A stretch of DNA of 64,000 bases, taken from a virus. Positions within the stretch are counted from its first letter, which is position 1; every line of letters begins with the position of its first letter. The DNA is taken from IMG/VR virus record IMGVR_UViG_3300025534_000007, positions 5,657 to 69,656 of that record. One strand, given 5' to 3'. A model generated the notes under the pieces. That model was not told where the DNA came from. It saw only the letters and a list, made by a program, of their open reading frames with translations, and did no database searches. The translations under genes and the position numbers were made by a program. Below, one piece after another: positions 37,651-46,702 of the stretch.

Positions 37651-40600
37651 TTGAGAGTTGAGCTTCATCGCCACAGCATGTGGAGCCTGCTCGACGGCTC
37701 TGGCACCGGCGAGCAGTACGCCACGCGCGCCGCAGAACTCGGCATGCCAGCCCTGGCGATCACCGACCACGGCACGCTCGCAGGCGTCCTCGAACACGTC
37801 GCTGCATGTGAGCAGGCAGGCGTCTTCCCCATCATCGGCTGCGAGATCTACTTCCGCGAGAACCGCCTCATCGACCCCGGCCAAGATGAGAATCGGTTTC
37901 ATTTGACGCTGCTGGCGATGAACGGCAACGGCTGGATCAACCTCCAGCGGTTGACCTCCGAGGCATACGCGACCGGCATGAAGTACATGCGCGGCTCCTA
38001 CAAGCCGTGCGCTGATTGGGACCTCCTCGCCCGCTACAGCGAAGGCATCTTCTGCCTGGCCGGGTGCTTCAACGGCGTCTTCGCGCAGTCGGTCCTCCGA
38101 GGCGACGAGCCTTCCGCTAAGGCCATCATCCGGCGCTTCCAGTCCATCTACGGCGACAACTTCGCGCTCGAACTCCAGCCCCACGATTGGGACGACCAGC
38201 GCATCATCAACCTCGGCACCCTGCGCCTGTCCATCGAGCACGGCGTCCCGATGGTCGCTACAGGCGACGTCCACATGCCCTACCGGGAGTGGACCGACGT
38301 CCATGACGCGCTGTTGAAGATCAGCACCGGCACCAGCAACCTCAAGACCAAGAAGAAGAAGGCCGCAGGCGAGGACGTCTTCACGATGGAGCAGGACTAC
38401 CCAACGCTCCATCTCATGGGCCACGACGAGATGCTCGCCGCGTTCGCTCACGGGCACCCCGATCTCCCGCAAGACGTCGTTGTCGACGCGATGCGCGAGT
38501 CTGTCGAGATCATCAAGCGCTTCATGCCGTTCTACATGAGCCGCGACATCAAGATGCCGCGACTCACCCACAGCATCATCCGCAAGGTCGACGAACATGG
38601 GCCTGACGTCGACCTCAACCGCGACCCCGACGAGATCATCAAGAACATCGTCAAGCGCTGGTGCATCGAAGGGATCGACGACCTCAAGACCTTCTACAAC
38701 GCCGAGCATTGGCTCAAGTATCCTGTCGAGCGCTACCAGCGCCAGCTCGAACACGAGTGGGACGTCTTCGATCAGATCGGCCCGCACGTCTGGCGCTACA
38801 TGTTCGTCGTCGCAGGCGAGGTTCGCTGGGCGCGACGCAACGACATCATCGTCGGCGCCGGTCGAGGCTCAGCCGCAGGCAGCCTCACCGCCTACCTCAC
38901 CGGCATCACCGACATCGACCCGCTCCCCTACGACCTCATGTTCGAGCGGTTCATCAACCCGAACCGCAAGGGCATGCCGGATATCGACATCGACTTCATG
39001 CCCGGCGCCGAAGGGCGCGACAAGGTCGTCGGCCACACGGCATCCATCTACGGCGAGCGCAACGTCATCAACATCGCCGCCTACCAGACCTATGGCCCGA
39101 AGGCTGCCATTCGCGCTGTCTGCCGTGTCTTCGACGACGAGATCGACTACCCGACCGCCGAGCGCTACGCGAAGGTGCTCGACCAGCTCAAGCCCACCGA
39201 CCGCATCGACCTGGAGGGGTGCGCCAAGCGCTTCCCTGAGATCGCGCAGTTCAAGTCCGAGTACCCGAAGCTCTGGCGAATCGCTGCGCGCATCGAAGGC
39301 CACCCATCCGCGCAGACGGTCCACGCATCCGGCGTCCTCATCAAGCCGTCGGAGGTCGAGATCCCGACCGCTGTTCGCATCGACACCGACGCCGCCGACA
39401 AGTACCAGAAGATCACCGCCTGGTCTGACAACCGCGAGCAGCTCGCCAACTACGGCTTCCTCAAGATCGACTACCTCGTCATCGAAGGGCTCGTCCGCCA
39501 GCACAAGGTCCTCAAGGCTCTGCGCGAGCGCGAGAACACGCCCATCGACATCCGCAAGCTCCCGGTCCGCTACGACCCCTACGCCGTCGACCCCGAGGTC
39601 ATGAAGTCGTTCGCCAAGGGGCGCACGATCGGCGTCTGGCAGATGGAGGGAAAGGGCACGATTCCGGTCCTCAAGGCCGTGCGCCCCGACAACATGCACG
39701 ACCTCGCAGCCATCAACGCGCTCATCCGGCCGGGCGCGCGTGGTGCCGGGATCACCGACGCCTACGCCCGCCGCAAGCACGGCATCGAGCCCGTCGAGTA
39801 CTGGCACGAGAGTGTCGAGCCCATCCTGCGCAAGACCTATGGGCTCATGGTCTACCAGGAGCAGATGATGGAGATCGCCGTCCAGCTCGGCGACTTCACG
39901 CGCACCGAAGCTGACGACCTCCGCAAGGCGATGGGCAAGAAGTACCGCGAGGGTCTGCCTGCGGTCATCAAGTTCCTCGACGAACTCGGCTACGGCCCGA
40001 AGTTCATCCACAACGCCAGCTTTAAGGTCGGCGAGGAGATGGCGCGCTGGATTTGGGAGGAGCAGTGCCTCAAGTTCGGGGAGTACAGCTTCAACGCCTC
40101 CCACGCCTACGCCTACGCGCTCATCTCCTACCACGACATGGTCCTCAAGCTCATGGCCCCGGCCGACTTCTACGCTGGGTACCTCACGGCCGCCAAGTCC
40201 AAGGACCTGCCTGACCGGCTTAAGGGCACCATGCGCGAGGGCGCCGCGTTCGACATCGAGATCAAGCCGCCGCACATCAATAAGTCCGACGCCGACTTCA
40301 AGGTGCTCGATCGCAAGACGATCCTCTACGGCCTGCTCTCGGTGAAGAACATCGGCCCCACCGCACTCAAGGCCATCTACGAACACCGTCCATTCAAAGA
40401 TTACATCGATTTTGACGAGTCGGTTCCGCGCAATTCAGTCAATAAGCTTGGACGCGAAGCCTTGGTCGGCGCTGGAGCGTTCGACGACTGGGGACTGCGC
40501 AACTTCATGTCCGACGAGCAAAAAGCTTCGAACGAAGAGGCATACCTTGGCATGCGACTCACCGGCAAGTCAGACCTTGCCAAGTACGCCGACTTGATCG

Positions 40601-40941
40601 AAGATACGATCCATACGGAGGACGAGTTCGACGCTGCCAAGGATGGTGATGCGCTATGCGTTGGCGGTGAAATCGTCGGCGTCAAGCCGACAGTCACGAA
40701 GACCCAGAAGGAGATGGGCTTCGTTACGGTCGCCTATGGGACGGATTCGATCCGGGTGACCGTCTGGCCCCAGCTCTGGGAGCTATATTCATCGGCCTTC
40801 AAGCTTGGGAAGGTCGTCTTCTTCGAGGGGCGCAAGCAGATCAGCGAGAGGTATGGTCCAGGCTTTATCGCTTCGAGTTGCGTGACGCTCGAAGAGCTTG
40901 TTCAGATCAAGTCACGACGCGGGGAGGTACTTGCTGCATGA
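37651..40941 (+). CDS. dnaE: DNA polymerase III alpha subunit
   Basis: PHP domain (HRHS..SLLDG, ITDHG, GCEIY); GRGSAAGS, FERFINP.R..MPDIDIDF, KIDYL, FNASHAYAY. Confidence 0.96.
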   Translation: MRVELHRHSMWSLLDGSGTGEQYATRAAELGMPALAITDHGTLAGVLEHVAACEQAGVFPIIGCEIYFRENRLIDPGQDENRFHLTLLAMNGNGWINLQRLTSEAYATGMKYMRGSYKPCADWDLLARYSEGIFCLAGCFNGVFAQSVLRGDEPSAKAIIRRFQSIYGDNFALELQPHDWDDQRIINLGTLRLSIEHGVPMVATGDVHMPYREWTDVHDALLKISTGTSNLKTKKKKAAGEDVFTMEQDYPTLHLMGHDEMLAAFAHGHPDLPQDVVVDAMRESVEIIKRFMPFYMSRDIKMPRLTHSIIRKVDEHGPDVDLNRDPDEIIKNIVKRWCIEGIDDLKTFYNAEHWLKYPVERYQRQLEHEWDVFDQIGPHVWRYMFVVAGEVRWARRNDIIVGAGRGSAAGSLTAYLTGITDIDPLPYDLMFERFINPNRKGMPDIDIDFMPGAEGRDKVVGHTASIYGERNVINIAAYQTYGPKAAIRAVCRVFDDEIDYPTAERYAKVLDQLKPTDRIDLEGCAKRFPEIAQFKSEYPKLWRIAARIEGHPSAQTVHASGVLIKPSEVEIPTAVRIDTDAADKYQKITAWSDNREQLANYGFLKIDYLVIEGLVRQHKVLKALRERENTPIDIRKLPVRYDPYAVDPEVMKSFAKGRTIGVWQMEGKGTIPVLKAVRPDNMHDLAAINALIRPGARGAGITDAYARRKHGIEPVEYWHESVEPILRKTYGLMVYQEQMMEIAVQLGDFTRTEADDLRKAMGKKYREGLPAVIKFLDELGYGPKFIHNASFKVGEEMARWIWEEQCLKFGEYSFNASHAYAYALISYHDMVLKLMAPADFYAGYLTAAKSKDLPDRLKGTMREGAAFDIEIKPPHINKSDADFKVLDRKTILYGLLSVKNIGPTALKAIYEHRPFKDYIDFDESVPRNSVNKLGREALVGAGAFDDWGLRNFMSDEQKASNEEAYLGMRLTGKSDLAKYADLIEDTIHTEDEFDAAKDGDALCVGGEIVGVKPTVTKTQKEMGFVTVAYGTDSIRVTVWPQLWELYSSAFKLGKVVFFEGRKQISERYGPGFIASSCVTLEELVQIKSRRGEVLAA

Positions 40942-41378
40942 GTGTCCTGCGACTGGAGATGGGGTCGGGGTTCGACTCGATCTCCGCGCAGTTCGAGGAA
41001 GCCGTTGTCGAGTCGTTCTACGGCGACGGTGAGCCGGTGGCTGCAATCATCGGCGCCTACAACGACCGTCTCGAAGAACTCGTCGTCCTCAAAGTCAAGG
41101 ACTCATACCTTCGCGACGACAACGGCGACATCAGCCTCGGGATCTTCCACAATCTCTGTGCGATGTTCCTGGGCCATGACTTGCGCCAGTTCCTCGGCCT
41201 CGGCATCCTGCTCGATGATGGCAACCTCGCGGTGATCCAGTCGACGCAGTTCAGGACCATTGCCTATCGCCAGACGGCCGCGCAGGGGGTGTACGGGCGA
41301 AAGCATAAGATCGAGGCCGGATCACGGGCCTGGGACTTCTACGCCCCGATCTACGCGCGGCTCAAGTTGCTCACCTGA
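40938..41378 (+). CDS. hypothetical protein
   Basis: GGGGAGGT RBS and ATGA overlap with the dnaE stop. Confidence 0.6.
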   Translation: MSVLRLEMGSGFDSISAQFEEAVVESFYGDGEPVAAIIGAYNDRLEELVVLKVKDSYLRDDNGDISLGIFHNLCAMFLGHDLRQFLGLGILLDDGNLAVIQSTQFRTIAYRQTAAQGVYGRKHKIEAGSRAWDFYAPIYARLKLLT

Positions 41379-41450
41379 GCAAACCCTTCGCAATCTGCGC
41401 GGATCGTGCTATGATGATAGGTCTACACGATCCGCGATTGCGAACAAGGA

Positions 41451-42527
41451 ATGCCTGTCGACCCCAGCCTTCTCCCCCAGATCCTCAAGGAAGCCGAGAA
41501 GCGCTACGGCCAGAAGATCTACACCGGGCGCGCTCGACCGAGCGTCACGCGCATCCCATTCCCATCCCTGGAGATGAACCTCGCCACGCACGGTGGGGCT
41601 CCGATGGGCCGCATTATCCGTCTGTGGGGCGGTCCGTCGTCGTGCAAGACTCTCAGTGCCATCGGGCTCGCCGCATCCGCGCAGAAGTTCCGCACCGATG
41701 AGTTCCCCGATGGCCTGAGTGTCGCCTTCTACGACCTCGAAGGCGCATTCGACTACGACTTCGCTGAGAAGGCGCTCGGCCTCGACACGAGCGACGACAA
41801 GTTCGTTTACGTCGACGCCAGCGTGATCGAGGACGTCTCGCGCATCCTCGATTCGCTCCTGCACGCGGTCAATATCCACATCATCGACTCCACGACTTAC
41901 GGGATCTCCGAGCACAAGATCGAGGCCGGGGTCAGCAGCCGTCAGCCAGGCTTCGACGCCATCGCCTGGAAGGAAGCCTTCAAGCTGGCGCGCGAGAACA
42001 TGGACCCGATGCAGAACATGATCGTCTGCATCTCGCACGAGACCCAGGACTTCAAGACCAGCGCGATCAAGGCGTCCGGCGGTCGCTTCCTTGACTACTC
42101 CGCTTCGATGTCCATGCGCCATCGTGTCGCCGCGAAGCTCTACCGAGGCTCCGACGGCGAGCTGGGCGAGACGCGCCCCAAGGACGGCAACGACCCGCTC
42201 ACCGGCAGCGTCCGTGTCGACGGCTACTTCCTGGAGATCGAGATCGTCAAGACCAAGGTCAGCCGACCTTTCAACAAGGCGAACCTGATCTACGACGTTG
42301 ACAGGATGCAGTTCGACCGGCGCTACGAGCTGATGAAGGCCGGTCAGTTCCTCGGCGTTATCCAGAAGAGCGGCAACTACTACTACGTCCCGACGAGCGA
42401 TAAGGCCATCAACGGGCAGAGGGCGCTCAAGAAGCGCATCGAGGAAGACGACGTCCTCGTCATGCAGATCTACGAGGCCGCCGACAGGTGGATCGCTGAG
42501 CAGCAGGCCAACGAGCGCGCGGCGTGA
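41451..42527 (+). CDS. recA: RecA/UvsX-like recombinase
   Basis: GGAPMGRIIRLWGGPSSCKT, YDLEGAFD, IIDS, SGGRFLDY; divergent phage type. Confidence 0.85.
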   Translation: MPVDPSLLPQILKEAEKRYGQKIYTGRARPSVTRIPFPSLEMNLATHGGAPMGRIIRLWGGPSSCKTLSAIGLAASAQKFRTDEFPDGLSVAFYDLEGAFDYDFAEKALGLDTSDDKFVYVDASVIEDVSRILDSLLHAVNIHIIDSTTYGISEHKIEAGVSSRQPGFDAIAWKEAFKLARENMDPMQNMIVCISHETQDFKTSAIKASGGRFLDYSASMSMRHRVAAKLYRGSDGELGETRPKDGNDPLTGSVRVDGYFLEIEIVKTKVSRPFNKANLIYDVDRMQFDRRYELMKAGQFLGVIQKSGNYYYVPTSDKAINGQRALKKRIEEDDVLVMQIYEAADRWIAEQQANERAA

Positions 42528-42835
42528 CTCAGTCGGACGGCGACATCGTCACGGCGTACTGGAAGCCTGGCTTCGGGGTTGAAGGCGTCGCCTGTCGCGG
42601 CTATCTCGTCCGCAACGAGAACGGCCTGATCGAAATGGTGGACGAACGTCGGATGCGCCACCATCAGCTATCCACTAAGTTTGTCTCCATCGTTAGTGAC
42701 AAGGAGATCGAGGCGAACCCGTTCGTAACAGCGCAGCAACAGGAGGGAGACGGCATGAACATCAACGACAACCCGTTCGCCAACGCGAACCCATTCGCTC
42801 TGGCAAACAACCTCTTCGCGCAGGCGACCAGCTGA
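42524..42835 (+). CDS. small protein with NPF-repeat tail; possible internal start at 42755
   Basis: EANPFV...MNINDNPFANANPFALANNLFAQATS. Confidence 0.65.
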   Translation: MTQSDGDIVTAYWKPGFGVEGVACRGYLVRNENGLIEMVDERRMRHHQLSTKFVSIVSDKEIEANPFVTAQQQEGDGMNINDNPFANANPFALANNLFAQATS

Positions 42836-43872
42836 TGGCGACACTCAAGGAACTCCTCGTCGCGTTCGGCAAGTACCAGGTCGTCGAACCTGTCGTTGAC
42901 GTCTCAGCCACCAACGCCCTGCGCGCCGATTTCGTGAAAGGCGACGTCTCCCCTCACGGCCGCCCCTGGCACACGAGCTTCCACGCCTCGCAGTTTCCGG
43001 GTGATAGCCCGCATGCGTGCGGTCGCCTTGCGATGTACGGGCTCATGGACATCCCCCAGGAGTCCCCGATGTCGCGCTGGCTCGCGCAGACCGCCGCCGT
43101 CGGCAAGGCCGTCGAGCTGAGCGTCGTTCGCGCGATCCGAGACGATGGGCGCCTCGTCAAGAGCGGCCAGCCAGGACGATCGAGCGACCCTGACGCCTGC
43201 GACGACAACGGTCGACCCATGCCGCAGATGGGCTTCGTCGATCGCGAGCACTGGCTCACCGGCTCGGTCGACATGCCCATGCTGCCCTTCGGATACCGCA
43301 CGCCGCATATCGTTGAGATCAAAAGTAAGCACGAGTCCAAGATCTTCGAGATGCAGGAGGGTAATCGCGGCCCCGACGAGAAGCATCGGCGCCAGCTCCT
43401 CTGCTCGCTCGGCCTCGCACATGAGAATCCGGACGCCTTCCTGCACCCGCAGACCGGCCAGCAGCTCGAACCGGCTATCGACGGCTCCGTCTACTACCTC
43501 GCTCGCGACAGCGAGTGGCCCGGTCCGATCCCGACGCATGAGTTCTACTTTTCCTACGACCCCGGCTTCATGGAGCAGGGGCGCGCGCACCTCAAGCAGT
43601 GGCGCGTCTTCTTCCTCGAAGGCCGCCTACCCGAAGAGACCTCGCACAAGAACGCGCGATCGCACCCGTTCGGATGGCGTTGGTCGGAAGGCGAGTGCCG
43701 GTTCTGCCCGTTGAAGAAGATCTGCCGCGAGGACTACGAGAACAAGGTCACCACGCTCGCCGACTCCGCTGCGATCGACTACGCGAAGTCGATTCGTCCG
43801 CAGTATGACTACGCCCAGAAGCGCGCCGCCGTGCTCAATGCCTGGGACGAAGACGACCCGCTCGCCGACTAG
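42835..43872 (+). CDS. Cas4-like PD-(D/E)XK exonuclease
   Basis: FHASQF...CGR, GSVD, IVEIKS, RQL, C-terminal CRFCPLKKIC (Fe-S cysteine pattern). Confidence 0.75.
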   Translation: MATLKELLVAFGKYQVVEPVVDVSATNALRADFVKGDVSPHGRPWHTSFHASQFPGDSPHACGRLAMYGLMDIPQESPMSRWLAQTAAVGKAVELSVVRAIRDDGRLVKSGQPGRSSDPDACDDNGRPMPQMGFVDREHWLTGSVDMPMLPFGYRTPHIVEIKSKHESKIFEMQEGNRGPDEKHRRQLLCSLGLAHENPDAFLHPQTGQQLEPAIDGSVYYLARDSEWPGPIPTHEFYFSYDPGFMEQGRAHLKQWRVFFLEGRLPEETSHKNARSHPFGWRWSEGECRFCPLKKICREDYENKVTTLADSAAIDYAKSIRPQYDYAQKRAAVLNAWDEDDPLAD

Positions 43873-43962
43873 CGCACCGGCGCCGCCGAGCTGGCCGTTG
43901 CGCCTCTGGAAGACATGGGCTATGATGATAGGTAGGTAGTCCGACTTCATGGAGGCAACTGC

Positions 43963-45561
43963 GTGACCCGAATCACCGATGTGAACCTTGCAACGCAGGT
44001 GATCGACGCCTGCATCAAGGCGAACGTCCACAAGGACGGCATGCCGGATGACGATCAGAAGAAGATCGACACGGCCAACCGCCTCATCGACCTCGCCCAT
44101 CAGGCGAAGGCCGCCAACGTCGGCGAGCCGTTCGCCAGCGACCTCATCAACATGGTTGAGAGCGCCGTCCAGGGTGGCCAGCAGGCTGAGCCGCAGCAGG
44201 CTGACCCCAACCCGTTCGCCGCTGGCAACCAGCCGCAGCCTGCCCCTGCTCCCACTCCCGCCCCGGCTCCCGCCCCGGCTCCCGCCCCGGCTCCGGCGCC
44301 CGCTGCCGTTCCGGCCCCGGCGCCCGCTCCTGAGCCCGCCGCGCCGCCCACCCCTGCCGAGGTCCCGGCCCAGGCGACCGCTCAGCAGGCCCCGCAGCAG
44401 CTCCAGCAGCAGGAGCCGGAGACGCCCAAGCTCGAAGAGCCGTGGCCGGGCTATGACACGCTCGGCGTCGACGAGCTGATCGCCCGCATGGAGGCGTTCA
44501 CCGACGAGCAGATCGACTACGTCAAGAAGTACGAGGCGCAGAACGGGCAGCGCGCACAGATCCTCAACTTCGAGCGCCACCCGATGACGGAGGTCCCGCA
44601 GCAGCAGGCGTCCGTCGCCCCGGCTCCGCCCGAGCCCCAGGAGGCGTCCCAGACTCCTGCCCAGCCGCAGGAGCAGACCGGGCAGGACCTCGCGCAGGTC
44701 GAGCCGTGGCCCGGCTACAAGGGCTCCACGATCAACACGATCATGGACCGGGTCAACCAGGCGCTCGCCCAGGAACCGGCGAACGCGGCCAAGCTGTTCG
44801 CCCACGTCTTCGAGTACGAGCGCGCCCACGACAACCGCAAGCGCCTGCTCAAGAAGCTCTCCGACCTCGCCAAGAACGGCGTCGCCGTCGACACCCAGCC
44901 GCAGGAGCAGGCCCAGACGGACGTCGAGCAGGTCAAGCAGGCCGAGGGCCAGGACGTCGTCCCCACGCCGCCGTTCGCTCAGCAGGCCGAGCAGCAGGCC
45001 GAGCAGCAGCCCGAGCCCGCATCGGCCCCGGCCCAGCCGCAGCCTGCCGCCGAGGCGCCCGAGCCGACCCAGGACAATGGCGAGAGCATCCAGCCCATCG
45101 AGGGCGGCGCCACCCAGCGGGCTATCGAGGCCGTCGCCACCAAGCTCCCCGCCCCGCCGCCGTGGGAGGGTGGCTTCCCGCAGGTCGGCCCCGACTTCAC
45201 CGCCTACAGCGACGTCGACATCGCCCGCTTCCAGTCGCAGTTCGCCAGCCTCTACGCCTACGGGTTGCGCGAGCTGGCGATCGCAGAGGGTTACGCCGCC
45301 GACGCCAAGGATGAGGCCGACGCGCTTGTGCGCGAGTACATCGCCTCTCGGGACTGGCCCGCTAAGGCGACGAACGCTCAGCAGGAGGTCGAGGCGACCC
45401 AGAACGTCCCGCAGATCCCCGAGTGGCGCAAGCGCCAGAAGGAGTGGACGCGCGTCGCCCGCCAGATCCAGGCGCTCGTCGATGGCTACAAGGAGATCGC
45501 CGACCGCCTCTCTCGGGAGCAGACCCGCCGCGACAACGAGCGCATCTCCGCTCGCGGCTGA
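43963..45561 (+). CDS. modular Pro/Ala/Gln-rich protein with a duplicated PWPGY domain and C-terminal helical domain
   Basis: 532 aa; two EPWPGY...YE...R...L repeats; ends LSREQTRR... Confidence 0.75.
   Translation: MTRITDVNLATQVIDACIKANVHKDGMPDDDQKKIDTANRLIDLAHQAKAANVGEPFASDLINMVESAVQGGQQAEPQQADPNPFAAGNQPQPAPAPTPAPAPAPAPAPAPAPAAVPAPAPAPEPAAPPTPAEVPAQATAQQAPQQLQQQEPETPKLEEPWPGYDTLGVDELIARMEAFTDEQIDYVKKYEAQNGQRAQILNFERHPMTEVPQQQASVAPAPPEPQEASQTPAQPQEQTGQDLAQVEPWPGYKGSTINTIMDRVNQALAQEPANAAKLFAHVFEYERAHDNRKRLLKKLSDLAKNGVAVDTQPQEQAQTDVEQVKQAEGQDVVPTPPFAQQAEQQAEQQPEPASAPAQPQPAAEAPEPTQDNGESIQPIEGGATQRAIEAVATKLPAPPPWEGGFPQVGPDFTAYSDVDIARFQSQFASLYAYGLRELAIAEGYAADAKDEADALVREYIASRDWPAKATNAQQEVEATQNVPQIPEWRKRQKEWTRVARQIQALVDGYKEIADRLSREQTRRDNERISARG
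44257..44292 (+). repeat. 3x 12-bp tandem repeat CCCGCCCCGGCT encoding a (PA)n linker
   Basis: Exact tandem copies at 44257, 44269, 44281. Confidence 0.85.
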
Positions 45562-45582
45562 CCTGCCTTCATAGTCGGACAG

Positions 45583-45609
45583 CCAGGGCGGGTCACGCGC
45601 CCGCCCTGG
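45583..45609. terminator. hairpin after the recombination operon
   Basis: CCAGGGCGGG/CCCGCCCTGG, 7-nt loop, no clear U-tract. Confidence 0.45.
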
Positions 45610-45620
45610 TCATCACGCCC

Positions 45621-46058
45621 ATGTTGACATCGCGAGTCTGCACGCTCTGCGGGAAGCGTAAGCGTGTCTCTCTTGATCCGAGCAAGAGTGAGTTCGATCG
45701 ATTCAAGCACAGGCCCGCAGACAAGCTTTACGGATGGAGATCAGCCTGCAAGAAGTGTCATGCGCGTTACAGCCGTGAACGACGCCGCACTGGCGCTGCC
45801 AATAGTCGCGAGTACGTTCCGATCGGACCGTTCGCTGAATGGGTGCGTAAGTGGGTTAGCCAGAACCACTACTGCTATGTCAACGGAAAGCCCGCTGGCG
45901 GCGTCGTGACACTTGCCAAGGTGGTAGGTGTCGACGAGTCCAGAGTCCGCGCAATCATGACGGAGAAGTACAAGCGCATTGACCTCTCCGTCGTCGACCG
46001 ATACCTCATCGCAACGAATTCCGACACGCAGATCTGGGAGTTGTACCCGGACTACTGA
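45621..46058 (+). CDS. zinc-finger plus HTH protein
   Basis: CTLC...SACKKC N-terminus; LAKVVGVDESRVRAIM HTH-like C-terminus. Confidence 0.6.
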   Translation: MLTSRVCTLCGKRKRVSLDPSKSEFDRFKHRPADKLYGWRSACKKCHARYSRERRRTGAANSREYVPIGPFAEWVRKWVSQNHYCYVNGKPAGGVVTLAKVVGVDESRVRAIMTEKYKRIDLSVVDRYLIATNSDTQIWELYPDY

Positions 46059-46063
46059 ACTAG

Positions 46064-46702
46064 ATGATTGCACCGTCCACCACCATCCACGCCAAGGTCG
46101 GCAAGACCGCATTCGAGGTCTACGCCGACAAGTATCGGCGCAAGGACTGGTGGTGGGTGCGTTGGGAGGACCACGCGCGCCGCATCATCGTCCGTCGCGT
46201 TGAGGCCGTCAGCAAGGTCGACGAAGACGAAGCAGTCGCCTTGGCCAAGGAGGTCATCAAGGACTACCAGTCCAAGCACCGCGAGGCTCTTCAGCAGAAG
46301 TGGGACATGAAGATCCCCGACCTGTGGGAACTCGCGCAGACCGCCTCCTTCCCACGAGAGATCGTCGCCGCAGTCCTCACCGACTTGCGAGAGCGCATCG
46401 TCCGAGCCGAAAGCATCGAGGATCGCGGCGTCGGGCACCAAGGACTCCAAATCCTCGCGGAGCGCACCGGCATCTCGCCACGAGAGCTGCACCGCATCAT
46501 CGAGGACCGCACCCGGATCAAGGTCGGCTTCCCCACTGTCGACCGTCTCTGCGTCGAGTTCGACATGCTCGTCGACGACTTCATCGAGGAAGCGCTCGCT
46601 TGGTCCGGCAAGTACGGCCGCTGGGCAGACCGACCAGGCGAAGAAGACTCTTGGCCGATCGGCTACACGACCGACGCCAAGGAAGACGAGCCCATCCTCT
46701 AG
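46064..46702 (+). CDS. protein with C-terminal Cro/C1-like HTH
   Basis: LQILAERTGISPRELHRII...VGFPTVDRLC. Confidence 0.6.
   Translation: MIAPSTTIHAKVGKTAFEVYADKYRRKDWWWVRWEDHARRIIVRRVEAVSKVDEDEAVALAKEVIKDYQSKHREALQQKWDMKIPDLWELAQTASFPREIVAAVLTDLRERIVRAESIEDRGVGHQGLQILAERTGISPRELHRIIEDRTRIKVGFPTVDRLCVEFDMLVDDFIEEALAWSGKYGRWADRPGEEDSWPIGYTTDAKEDEPIL

Noticed and set aside
42835-43872. Cas4-like gene as a sign of a CRISPR system
   Set aside because: No repeat-spacer array or other cas genes; solo Cas4-like nucleases are common in phage recombination modules.
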